A stretch of DNA of 64,000 nucleotides from Candidatus Woesearchaeota archaeon (GCA_964409555.1 CAYPDP010000001.1:3978-67977); one strand, 5' to 3'; shown: positions 28,355 through 37,111, numbered from the stretch's first letter. Made by a program: numbers and translations. Notes: generated from the letters alone by a model not told the origin.

Positions 28355-28729
28355 TTATAAAAATTCTTTTCTTTTTAGTTTATTAATATTATCAAAATTT
28401 AAGCTGAGTTTTCCGAAATCTTCAAAACATAATTTTACCATTTTATCTAACATTTTTTCTTGTTCTTCCATGAATGAGACAATTTCTTTTGGTATTGAAA
28501 TAGTATAACTGTTTCCGACAATTCTCATTTTTACTCTAAATTCTTTATTTTTTAAATTTATAAATTTATGGTATTCTTGTTCATCCAAAGGGTGAATTAT
28601 TTTTTCGTTACAATTTTTGTTAGGACATATTACTATTCTGAATGAGAAGCCATTTTTAAGAATATTTGCTTTTTGCATTTTTTTATTGCATTTTTTGCAT
28701 AATATTGTGTTGTCAAATATGTCGTTCAT
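28355..28729 (-). CDS. Zn-ribbon + AbrB/MazE-type DNA-binding protein
   Basis: CKKC...CPNKNC N-terminal ribbon; FRVKMRIVGNSYTISIPKEIV swapped-hairpin signature. Confidence 0.8.
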   Translation of the reverse strand: MNDIFDNTILCKKCNKKMQKANILKNGFSFRIVICPNKNCNEKIIHPLDEQEYHKFINLKNKEFRVKMRIVGNSYTISIPKEIVSFMEEQEKMLDKMVKLCFEDFGKLSLNFDNINKLKRKEFL

Positions 28730-28743
28730 TTTGTAAATATGAA

Positions 28744-28847
28744 TTACCCTTTCCTTTTTATGAGAAAGGGTAAAATCTATGGGTAAAAGAGGTTAACACC
28801 GAAGTGTATACATCTATATGTATACTTACAAATATATACTTTTTAAA
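28744..28847 (-). promoter_or_regulatory. Promoter, palindromic operator and structured 5' leader of the cdc48 operon
   Basis: Minus strand: TTTAAAAA box (28847-28840), GTATACAT-N4-ATGTATAC palindrome (28806-28825), ACAC-TTCG-GTGT hairpin (28796-28807), 10-bp stem TTACCCTTTC/GAAAGGGTAA (28744-28773). Confidence 0.65.
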
Positions 28848-28922
28848 TGTTTCTGTTTTTTGTATAGTTAGAAATTTTTATAAATAAAACATTTTAAAAA
28901 CTATTATTAATTTTATTTTCTT

Positions 28923-29561
28923 ATGAGGTTTGGAAATTTAAAAAAAAGTTTTAATATTTTTTGGAGTAAATTTTGGTTTTTGCTTTGGAAGGATGATAGT
29001 TTTAAAGGATGGATATTATCAATTATAATTTTATTTATTTTAATAAAATTTATTTTTTTCCCATTTTTGAGTTTAGTTTCTGGTACTGAATTACCTTTAG
29101 CAATCGTCGAGTCTTGTAGCATGTATCATGATGGAAATTTATTTTCAAATTATGATAATTGGTGGTCAAGACATGAGAAAAAATATTTTTATTTTAATAT
29201 ATCTAAAAATGAATTTAAAGATTTTATATTTAAAAATGGATTTAATAAAGGAGATATTTTTCTTGTTACTGGTGCAAATATTGATAAATTAAAAGTTGGA
29301 GATGTTATAATATTCAATGTTAATTATAAAAATCCAGTGATTCATAGAATAATTAAAATAAAAGAAAAAAATAATAAAAGAATTTTTGAAACAATTGGGG
29401 ATAATAATAATGGTCAATTAGTTTTTGAGAAAAATATTATTCCTAATCAAATAATTGGGAGAGCTAGATTTAAAGTTGCCCCTTATTTTGGTTGGATAAA
29501 ATTAATTTTCTTTGAATCCTTTAAATCAAAATCTGAAAGAGGGTTTTGTAAAGAAAATTGA
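28923..29561 (+). CDS. Signal peptidase I (Sec11/SPC18 type)
   Basis: TM helix, PLAIVESCSMYH catalytic Ser region, GD.I.F, P.IHR.I, TIGDNN. Confidence 0.88.
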   Translation: MRFGNLKKSFNIFWSKFWFLLWKDDSFKGWILSIIILFILIKFIFFPFLSLVSGTELPLAIVESCSMYHDGNLFSNYDNWWSRHEKKYFYFNISKNEFKDFIFKNGFNKGDIFLVTGANIDKLKVGDVIIFNVNYKNPVIHRIIKIKEKNNKRIFETIGDNNNGQLVFEKNIIPNQIIGRARFKVAPYFGWIKLIFFESFKSKSERGFCKEN

Positions 29562-29618
29562 AAAACCAAAGATTTTTAAATAAACTTAAATAAAAATACA
29601 GATAGTTTTAATTTTAAA

Positions 29619-29933
29619 ATGGAATTTTGTCCAAAGTGTGGTGCTGTTCTTATTGATAAGAGAAAAAATTCAGGATGTCCTAGATGTAATTATTCTTCAA
29701 AAAATAAAATTAAGATAAAGACAAGTGAGAAGATTGAGAATAAAAATCCTGTTTATGTTGTAAAGGAGAAAGATAGTCAGGTAATGCCCATAGTTGATGG
29801 TGATTGTGTTAAATGTGGAAATCAGAAAGTTTATTTTTGGACCTTACAAACTCGTTCTAGTGATGAATCAGAGACTAAATTTTTTAAGTGTACAAATTCC
29901 AAATGTGAGCATACTTGGAGAGAGTATAGATAA
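29619..29933 (+). CDS. tfs: Transcription factor S (TFS/RpoM)
   Basis: FCPKCG N-ribbon; C.KCGN...Y....QTRSSDESETKFFKC...C.H.WREY. Confidence 0.96.
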   Translation: MEFCPKCGAVLIDKRKNSGCPRCNYSSKNKIKIKTSEKIENKNPVYVVKEKDSQVMPIVDGDCVKCGNQKVYFWTLQTRSSDESETKFFKCTNSKCEHTWREYR

Positions 29934-29967
29934 AACTTAAAAACTTCTCTATTTAATATTAATTTAT

Positions 29968-30116
29968 GGCTCTGTAGCTCAGTTTGGTCAGAGCACCGGA
30001 CTCTTAAATGAGGGGCATTAATGTTCCCCTTACACTAACCCTTCCTTTTAGAAAATATTGAGGAAAATTAAAATAGAGAAATCCGGGTGTCGAGGGTTCA
30101 AATCCCTTCAGGGCCA
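29968..30116 (+). tRNA. tRNA-Lys(CTT) with 74-nt intron at position 37/38 (intron 30007-30080)
   Basis: Acceptor GGCTCTG/CAGGGCC-A; D arm GCTC..GAGC; anticodon stem CCGGA/TCCGG with CT-CTT-A; T arm GAGGG-TTCAAAT-CCCTT; BHB with CTCT/AGAG central helix and TAA and AAA bulges. Confidence 0.95.
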
Positions 30117-30439
30117 TATATTTTTTTATCTCTTATATAAATTATTCTTTGAGGATTTTTATTGCTTAATTTAAGAACATAAACTTCTTTTGATTCTTTT
30201 TCTAATTTTGAACAAAGAGAAATAATTTCTAAATAAGATTCTTTAAAGTCTTTTATCAGAGATATTTTTTTAAAGCCATTATCTTCCATTATTTTTTTTA
30301 TTCTATAATTAGATACTTTCTCTTTTGATATTTCTTCATTAATTCTTTTATTAATATCTTTATAAGGTGACAAATCTCCTTTTTTTAGAATATTAAGCCA
30401 GAAGGATATTTGCGGATCAATATTATTTTCATAAACCAT
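30098..30439 (-). CDS. Hypothetical protein whose 3' end overlaps the tRNA 3' end on the opposite strand
   Basis: 113 aa ORF with TATA about 28 nt upstream of ATG; last codons lie inside the tRNA. Confidence 0.55.
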   Translation of the reverse strand: MVYENNIDPQISFWLNILKKGDLSPYKDINKRINEEISKEKVSNYRIKKIMEDNGFKKISLIKDFKESYLEIISLCSKLEKESKEVYVLKLSNKNPQRIIYIRDKKIYGPEGI

Positions 30440-30534
30440 TTTTATGATTTAATTAAATCGTTTTTAAATATTTCTAAAAAACATAATTCAATTTAGAAGT
30501 ACTATTTATTTCAATTTTTTTCAGAGAATGGTAA

Positions 30535-30801
30535 TTATTTAACTAGAGTTTGTATTTGTTCAATTGCATCAGCAATTTCTCTTCCTTTCTTAGTTAGTTG
30601 TATAATTTTAATTCTTCCTTTCCTCTCAAATACAACTAACTTTAATATTTCTAGTGTTTGCAGAATTTTTACTGCATGGCTATAAGTACAATCTATTTCT
30701 TTAGCCAAAATACTACCGTATCTCATCCTATTGTTCTTTTTAAGAGATACCAACATTAGTGATGGCTTTCTTCTAAAAAAGATGTCAAAGTTATCTTTCA
30801 T
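30535..30801 (-). CDS. Winged-helix (MarR-like) DNA-binding protein
   Basis: YGSILAKEIDCTYSHAVKILQ.LE...LV.FERKGRIK.I.LT.KG; SD-like AGGGGTG favours ATG at 30801. Confidence 0.88.
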   Translation of the reverse strand: MKDNFDIFFRRKPSLMLVSLKKNNRMRYGSILAKEIDCTYSHAVKILQTLEILKLVVFERKGRIKIIQLTKKGREIADAIEQIQTLVK

Positions 30802-30929
30802 TTTTGTGTTACACCCCTTTGACATTGATCTGTATAGTTTAATGTATATATTGAGAAAGTACTTTACTTTTAAACCTTTCGAAAAGTATTTTTCATAATA
30901 TTTATTAATGAATATAACTATTGGAATAT

Positions 30930-31577
30930 ATGAAAGAATTATCTAAGAAAAAAGTTAAATCTCTAAGGAGAAAAAAAATAAAAATTTTGGTGGCAGGAGA
31001 TATTCATGGGGATACTGGTCTTGTGAAAAAGCTTGCTGGCAAAGCGAAAAAAGAAAATGTTGATATTGTTATTCTTGCGGGAGATTTAACTTTTGCAGAG
31101 AATTCTACAAAAGGAATTATTGGACCTTTTGCGAAAGCAAAAAAGTTAGTCTTATTACTTCATGGAAATCATGAGTCTTTGGCTACTTTAGATTTTTTAT
31201 CTGAGATGTATTCTAATGCAAGGAATTTACATGGTTATTCTTTTGTTAAAAATGATGTGGGAATTTTTGGAAGTGGGGGAGCTGATTTTGGAGTTTCACC
31301 AATGTCTGAAAAAGAATTTTTTAATACTTTAAAAAAAGCATATGAAGGGATTAAGGGAATAAAAAAGAAAATAATGGTTACTCATATGCATCCTTTTAAT
31401 TCAAAAGCAGAATTTTCTGGATTTCGAGGAAGTAAGGGAATTAGAAAAGCAATTGAAAAATTTAAGCCAGATATTTTATTATCTGGACATATTCATGAAG
31501 CAGAAGGAATTGAAGAGATTATTGGAAAAACAAGAGTTATTAATATTGGAAGAAAAGGAAAAATTATTGAAATTTAA
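30930..31577 (+). CDS. Calcineurin-like metallophosphoesterase
   Basis: GDIHG, AGDLT, GNHE, VTH.HP, GHIHE motifs. Confidence 0.92.
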   Translation: MKELSKKKVKSLRRKKIKILVAGDIHGDTGLVKKLAGKAKKENVDIVILAGDLTFAENSTKGIIGPFAKAKKLVLLLHGNHESLATLDFLSEMYSNARNLHGYSFVKNDVGIFGSGGADFGVSPMSEKEFFNTLKKAYEGIKGIKKKIMVTHMHPFNSKAEFSGFRGSKGIRKAIEKFKPDILLSGHIHEAEGIEEIIGKTRVINIGRKGKIIEI

Positions 31578-31585
31578 AAATAAAT

Positions 31586-31999
31586 TTATCTTATTCCAGT
31601 ATCTATATTAATATTAAATATTGTAATTTTATTATTTTTAATTGTAATTTTTTTTGGTAATTCCTTGTTAAATTGTTGCTGTTTTTCAAAATCAAGAAGA
31701 TATTCTCCTGTTGGAAGTTCTAATTTATAATTTCCATTTAAATTTGGATTAATTTTTGAGATTATTTTATTTTTATTAATATTCCAAATTATAATTTGTC
31801 TTGATTTATATGTTTCTGCTGTTGGTTGACATTCTGATTGTGGGGGAGATGTTTCAACAGGACAAAGAGGATTAATATTTATTTTTCCCTTTAAAAAGCC
31901 AGTTTTATTTATTTCTTTTTGTTTAGGAATATAAACAATTGCAAAAATTATTCCAATTAATAAAATAATAGTTAAAATATAATAATATTTTTTATCCAT
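31586..31999 (-). CDS. Membrane-anchored beta-sandwich protein with PLCPVE motif
   Basis: N-terminal TM; G.I.I.PLCPVE...C.P; G.Y...LP.GEY; C-terminal IDTGIR. Confidence 0.7.
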   Translation of the reverse strand: MDKKYYYILTIILLIGIIFAIVYIPKQKEINKTGFLKGKININPLCPVETSPPQSECQPTAETYKSRQIIIWNINKNKIISKINPNLNGNYKLELPTGEYLLDFEKQQQFNKELPKKITIKNNKITIFNINIDTGIR

Positions 32000-32059
32000 A
32001 TTTTTTTTACTATAATAGATTATTTAAATTTATTTAAATGCTTTTTATATAATAAATGT

Positions 32060-32926
32060 ATGAATATTAATAAAGTTTGTTTTAAGAAAAATCTTTTTGG
32101 GAAGTATATTGAAATAGTTATTTATGATATTGAGAATTTTTTAGCAGAAGATATTATTGAAGAAATGTATAAAGAAGCTATTAGATTACAGAAAATATTT
32201 AATTTTTTTGATGATTCTAGTGAAATTTCTTTATTAAATAAAAAAAGAAGTTTAAAAGTTTCTAATGAATTGTTGGAAGTTATTTTGAAAGCATTGAAAT
32301 TTTGTGAATTAACAAAAGGAGAATATGATATTTCTATAGGAAAAAAAATTGTTCAAAGAAAGAGAAATAATAATTTAATAGACATTAATTGTTCATATAA
32401 AGATATTGGGATTAAAGATAATTTAGTAATTCTTAATAATTTAGATGTTTTAATTGATTTAGGAAGTCTAGCAAAAGGTTATATTACTGATAAATTAATT
32501 GAATTTTTGAAATTAAAAGGTATAGAAAATGGATTAATAGATTCTCGAGGGGATATTTCTTTTTTTGGAAATCTGGAGCATATTATTTCTATAGAACATC
32601 CTAGGAAAAAAGAAAAAATTATATGTTCTATTAAATTAAAAAATGAATCTGTTGCAACTTCTGGAGATTATAAACAATTTAGTAAATCTTTTAAAAAATC
32701 ACATATTTTAAATCAAAAAGATGTTATTTCTGTAACTGTTGTTGCCCCTACTCTTGAAGAAGCAGATATATTTGCAACAGTATTATTTGTTTCTGATAAT
32801 AAACAAAGAGAAAATATTTTAAAAAATAATAAGAATATTAAAGTATTAATTATTAATAATAGATTAAATTTAAAAATGTATAATGGTTTCCAAGATTTAG
32901 TTTTTAAAATTGAAAATGAGATTTAG
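32060..32926 (+). CDS. apbE: FAD:protein FMN transferase (ApbE family)
   Basis: SEISLLN, G.YDISIG, IDLGSLAKGY, SVATSGDY, SHIL, SVTVVAP...ADIFAT; no signal peptide or lipobox. Confidence 0.93.
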   Translation: MNINKVCFKKNLFGKYIEIVIYDIENFLAEDIIEEMYKEAIRLQKIFNFFDDSSEISLLNKKRSLKVSNELLEVILKALKFCELTKGEYDISIGKKIVQRKRNNNLIDINCSYKDIGIKDNLVILNNLDVLIDLGSLAKGYITDKLIEFLKLKGIENGLIDSRGDISFFGNLEHIISIEHPRKKEKIICSIKLKNESVATSGDYKQFSKSFKKSHILNQKDVISVTVVAPTLEEADIFATVLFVSDNKQRENILKNNKNIKVLIINNRLNLKMYNGFQDLVFKIENEI

Positions 32927-34229
32927 AATAATTGTTGGTTGGAGTGTAATTTTAATGTTATCTTTTAGTCCGATATTTTTATGGTTTTTTTTTGGTCCAG
33001 GAGTTAGTGAGTTGAATGATTATTCTTCAATAACAAATAGTTTGGGTGAGCTTTTAGGTTTAGTTGGAACTGTAATGCTTGCTTTAACTTTTGTTTTATC
33101 CACAAGAATTTCATTTATAGAAGATGTTTTCGGAGGTTTGGACAAGGTTTATATAACTCATGGGATAGTTGGTGGGCTTTCATTAATTTTTCTTCTTTTT
33201 CATCCTATATTTTTAGTTTTAAAGTTTATTCCAAAAGAAATTGATACTGCTGCAAAATATTTGCTTCCAAGTTCTAGTTGGGCTGTAAATTTTGGAATAA
33301 TTGCTCTTTTAGGAATAATTTTATTAGTTTTTTTAACATTATTTTCAAGAATGAGATATCATAGGTGGAAGTTTACACATGAATTTTTTGGATTGATGTT
33401 TTTATTTGCAGTATTACATATTTTTCTTGTAAGGGGAAATGCTTCAAAAGATTTTATTTTTCAAGGCTATTATATTTATGTTATAATTGTTTCAATTATT
33501 GGTTTTGGGGGATTTTCATATAGTTTATTTATAAAAAATAGACTTTTTAAAAATGCAATTTATTCTATATCTTCAATAGAAAACAATAAATCTTTTTTTA
33601 AAATTGTTTTAACTCCTGAACATAAACCTCTTGAATATAAATCTGGTCAATTCGTTTTTATTCGTTTTTATAATGAGAAATTATCTAAGGAAGCACACCC
33701 TTTTTCAATTGCCTCAAAATCAAATTCAAGAGAGATAATAATTATTGTTAAAAAATTAGGTGATTTTACAAATAGATTAGAACATTTAAATATTGGAGAT
33801 AAAGTTTCTATTGAAGGACCTTATGGGAGATTTAATTATAAGAAATTTATAGATAAAGAACAGATATGGATTGCAGGAGGAATTGGAATAACTCCTTTTT
33901 TAGGAATGGTTCAAGATTTAGAGACAGAATTTAATTTAAAGAAAAATATTGATATGTATTATTCAGTAAAAGAATATGGTGATTTTATAGGGTTGAATTT
34001 ATTAAAAGGTGCTGATTTTAAAATAAAGAAATTTAGATTTATTCCTTGGAATTCAGAAAAAAAAGGATATCTTACTTTAAAAGATATTTATGATGTTAGC
34101 GGAAAACTTAAAAATAAAGAGTTCTTTCTTTGTGGACCCCCTAAATTTAAAAATAGTATTGTAAAAAGTCTTTTAAATTTAGGTGTTTCCAAAAATAAAA
34201 TTCATGAGGAGATTTTTGATTTTAGATGA
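32916..34229 (+). CDS. Ferric-reductase/NOX-like transmembrane oxidoreductase (di-heme TM domain + FAD/NAD(P)H FNR domain)
   Basis: About six TM helices with His pairs (THGIVG..LFHP; THEFFG..VLHI), HPFSIAS, EGPYG, IAGGIGITPF, CGP, HEE.F. Confidence 0.92.
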   Translation: MRFRIIVGWSVILMLSFSPIFLWFFFGPGVSELNDYSSITNSLGELLGLVGTVMLALTFVLSTRISFIEDVFGGLDKVYITHGIVGGLSLIFLLFHPIFLVLKFIPKEIDTAAKYLLPSSSWAVNFGIIALLGIILLVFLTLFSRMRYHRWKFTHEFFGLMFLFAVLHIFLVRGNASKDFIFQGYYIYVIIVSIIGFGGFSYSLFIKNRLFKNAIYSISSIENNKSFFKIVLTPEHKPLEYKSGQFVFIRFYNEKLSKEAHPFSIASKSNSREIIIIVKKLGDFTNRLEHLNIGDKVSIEGPYGRFNYKKFIDKEQIWIAGGIGITPFLGMVQDLETEFNLKKNIDMYYSVKEYGDFIGLNLLKGADFKIKKFRFIPWNSEKKGYLTLKDIYDVSGKLKNKEFFLCGPPKFKNSIVKSLLNLGVSKNKIHEEIFDFR

Positions 34230-34504
34230 GATTTAAAAAGTTAAGAATTGCAGTAGGAATATCTTTAGTAATATTTATACTTCTTGTTGGGAATATAATA
34301 GTTTTTGGAATGTCTGATGATAAATCAGAAGATTCTTCAAAATTATTAACTGATTTAACTTCAATAAATTCAACAATTAATGAAAATAAAATTAATACTA
34401 TTGAAAAGATTCCCGAAATAAAAAAGACAATTACTCAACAATCTCCAAGAATAGTTAGAAGACCAGTTATAATTTATCGTAGGAGAAGAACACGTGCTTC
34501 TTAG
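34226..34504 (+). CDS. Small membrane-anchored protein ending RRRRTRAS; candidate flavinylation substrate
   Basis: N-terminal basic+TM anchor, S/T/N-rich linker, terminal T-R-A-S; ATGA-coupled to the reductase. Confidence 0.7.
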   Translation: MRFKKLRIAVGISLVIFILLVGNIIVFGMSDDKSEDSSKLLTDLTSINSTINENKINTIEKIPEIKKTITQQSPRIVRRPVIIYRRRRTRAS

Positions 34505-34599
34505 TGATTTTTATTGAAATAACATATATAAATTTAATTTTTAGTTATTAATAAGAAATATAAACCTTATTTCTTCTGTATTTTTATATATTTATTAAA

Positions 34600-37062
34600 A
34601 TGCCTCGTAAAAAAATAAAATCCAAAGAAGAAAAGACTGCTGAGAATTATTTTCCAGTAGATAAAAGTAATTTAGATTATGCTACTGAAAAGTCTTTTGA
34701 TGCTTCTTTGATAAGTGATGAGAGAAAAGAATTGTTGAAGAAATCAGTTGAGATTCCTGTAAAATATTTTGAAAAAGAAATTTTAAAAAAAGAAATAACA
34801 AAAAGAGCTATTGAGAAAGAATACAAAAAGCCAGATAGAAGTATTCTAGAGACTGTTGAAAAAATTGGTAAATTGAAAAAATTAAGAAAAAAATCAAAAA
34901 AAAGAGTCTCTAAAAAAAAGACAATTTCTAAAAAGAAGATTTCTAAGAAAGAATTTAAACCTTTGGAAATAAATTTAAAGAAAAATGGTTATGAATTAAT
35001 AATAACTGAAAAGCCTCAAGCAGCTTTGAAAATTTCTTCTGCTTTGGGAAAATCTGTTAAGAGAGATAATCAAAAAGTTCCTTATTATGAAATTGAAAGA
35101 GATGGTAAAAAATTAGTTGTTGCCTGTGCTGTAGGGCATTTATTTACACTTAGTCAAAATGTTTCTGGTTCTAGTGTTCCAATTTTTGATATAAGCTGGG
35201 TTCCAAATTATCTTGTACGAAAAAAAGATTTTACAAAAAGGTATTATGATACTCTTTTGAAATTAGCGAAAAATGCCGGAACTATTACTGTTGCTACAGA
35301 TTATGATGTGGAGGGGGAAGTTATTGGATTAAATATTGTTAGATTTCTTTGTGGGCAAAAAGATGCAAATAGAATGAAATTCTCAACTCTTACTTCTGAT
35401 GAATTAAATCATGCATATGATTTTAAATCTTCTCAGATAGATTGGGGACAAGCAATTGCAGGGGAGACCAGACATTACCTTGATTGGTTTTACGGGATAA
35501 ATCTTTCAAGAGCTTTAATGAATTCAATAAAATCTACAGGGAAGTTTAGAATAATGTCTATTGGGCGAGTTCAAGGACCTACTTTAAATTTGATTGTACA
35601 AAAAGAAAGAGAGATACAAATGTTTAAACCAGAACCTTATTGGCAGATTTTCATAAAAATAATTGATAAAGATAAAAATGAACTTGAATTAAAATATTAT
35701 AAAGATATTTTTGAAAAAAAAGAATTAGATAAATTTAAAGATATAAAAAATAAAAAAGTACAAGTAGAAACAAAAAAATCTCAAGAAATTATTCCTCCTA
35801 ATTTTCCATTTAATCTTACAACTTTGCAAACTGAATCTTATAAATTTCATGGGATTACTCCTTCAAGGACTTTACAAATTGCACAATCTTTGTATTTGGG
35901 TGGTTTAATATCTTATCCAAGAACTTCTAGTCAGAAATTACCAGATTCAATTGATTATAAAAATATTCTTAAAAAATTATCTAAGAAATATAAAGTTGAA
36001 CATTTGATTAAAAAAGATAAGCCAATAGAAGGTAAGAAATCAGATCCTGCACATCCCTCGATTTATCCAACTGCACAGAATGATATAATTTTAAGTGGTG
36101 AGGATGAAAAAATATATAATTTAATTGTCAAGAGATTTCTTTCTTTATTTTGTGAAAATGCTTTAGTTGATAATAAAAAAATAATTGCAATTCTTGAGAA
36201 TAAAGATAAAGATTTGAAATTTTCAGTAAGAGGTTCTTCAATTAGTAAAAAAGCGTGGATGGAAATCTATCCTTCTAAATTAAAAGAATTAGAAATTAAA
36301 GATATGGATGGAGAAGCAGAAATAATTGATTCAAAAATTGAGGAGAAAGAAACTAAACCACCAAGAAGATATTCTCCTGCTTCAATTGTTTCTGAACTTG
36401 AGAAAAGGAATCTTGGAACAAAGGCTACAAGAGCAAATATTTTAGAAACACTTTATAGTAGAGGTTATATTAAAGAAAAAAGTATTGAAGCAACTTCTTT
36501 GGGTATATCTTTAATCGAAACACTTGAGAATTATTCTCCTGTAATAATTAATGAGTCTCTTACAAGAAAATTTGAAGAGGAAATGGATTTAATTAGAGAA
36601 TCAAAAAATAATTTTGAAGAAAAAGAAGATAAAGTAATTGAAAAAGCAAAAAGTTCAATAATTGAAATTTCAAAACATTTTGGTAAGAATATTAAGAAAA
36701 TAGGAGAGAATCTTTTGAATGCAAATATTAAATTAAGAGAAGAACAAAAAAAGGAAAATACTTTGACTCAATGTCCTTTGTGTAAAAATGGGAATCTTGC
36801 AATAACTTATTCTAAGAAAACAAAAAGACATTTTGTTGCCTGCAATGCTTATCCTAGTTGTAAGAATACTTTTAGTCTCCCCCCTAATGGAACAATAAAA
36901 AAAACAAAACAGATTTGTGAAGAGTGTGGCTTCCCTAAACTCATGTTATTGAAAGCTGGAAGAAGGCCTTGGATTTTTTGTTTTAATAAAGAATGTCCTA
37001 TAAATAAAGAAAGACTTGAAGAATATTATGAGAAAAAAAGACAGAAAGAAGCTGAGAAATAG
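34600..37062 (+). CDS. topA: Type IA DNA topoisomerase with long basic N-terminal extension
   Basis: IITEKPQAA, VGHL, ATDYDVEGE, SIGRVQGP, ISYPRT catalytic Tyr, LGTKATRA, C-terminal Zn ribbons. Confidence 0.96.
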   Translation: MPRKKIKSKEEKTAENYFPVDKSNLDYATEKSFDASLISDERKELLKKSVEIPVKYFEKEILKKEITKRAIEKEYKKPDRSILETVEKIGKLKKLRKKSKKRVSKKKTISKKKISKKEFKPLEINLKKNGYELIITEKPQAALKISSALGKSVKRDNQKVPYYEIERDGKKLVVACAVGHLFTLSQNVSGSSVPIFDISWVPNYLVRKKDFTKRYYDTLLKLAKNAGTITVATDYDVEGEVIGLNIVRFLCGQKDANRMKFSTLTSDELNHAYDFKSSQIDWGQAIAGETRHYLDWFYGINLSRALMNSIKSTGKFRIMSIGRVQGPTLNLIVQKEREIQMFKPEPYWQIFIKIIDKDKNELELKYYKDIFEKKELDKFKDIKNKKVQVETKKSQEIIPPNFPFNLTTLQTESYKFHGITPSRTLQIAQSLYLGGLISYPRTSSQKLPDSIDYKNILKKLSKKYKVEHLIKKDKPIEGKKSDPAHPSIYPTAQNDIILSGEDEKIYNLIVKRFLSLFCENALVDNKKIIAILENKDKDLKFSVRGSSISKKAWMEIYPSKLKELEIKDMDGEAEIIDSKIEEKETKPPRRYSPASIVSELEKRNLGTKATRANILETLYSRGYIKEKSIEATSLGISLIETLENYSPVIINESLTRKFEEEMDLIRESKNNFEEKEDKVIEKAKSSIIEISKHFGKNIKKIGENLLNANIKLREEQKKENTLTQCPLCKNGNLAITYSKKTKRHFVACNAYPSCKNTFSLPPNGTIKKTKQICEECGFPKLMLLKAGRRPWIFCFNKECPINKERLEEYYEKKRQKEAEK

Positions 37063-37111
37063 ATTTATAGAATACCATAATTCTTAAAAACTTTATTTTA
37101 TTAATATATTT

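Noticed and set aside
28779..28794. 16-nt exact match ATGGGTAAAAGAGGTT between the cdc48 leader and the start of the gene at 14017 (would be antisense to that mRNA start)
   Set aside because: A single 16-mer match in 64 kb of biased sequence can arise by chance, and there is no other support for a trans-acting RNA
28791..28800. GTTAAC core in the cdc48 leader resembling the centre of the 32-bp element
   Set aside because: The flanking GTTTCA repeats are absent and the position relative to TATA differs
16976..37062. Inteins in PolB, Cdc48 or TopA (RFC and Lhr, outside this span, were also checked)
   Set aside because: Lengths are normal, and no C/S...HN-C/S/T splice junctions or LAGLIDADG blocks were seen
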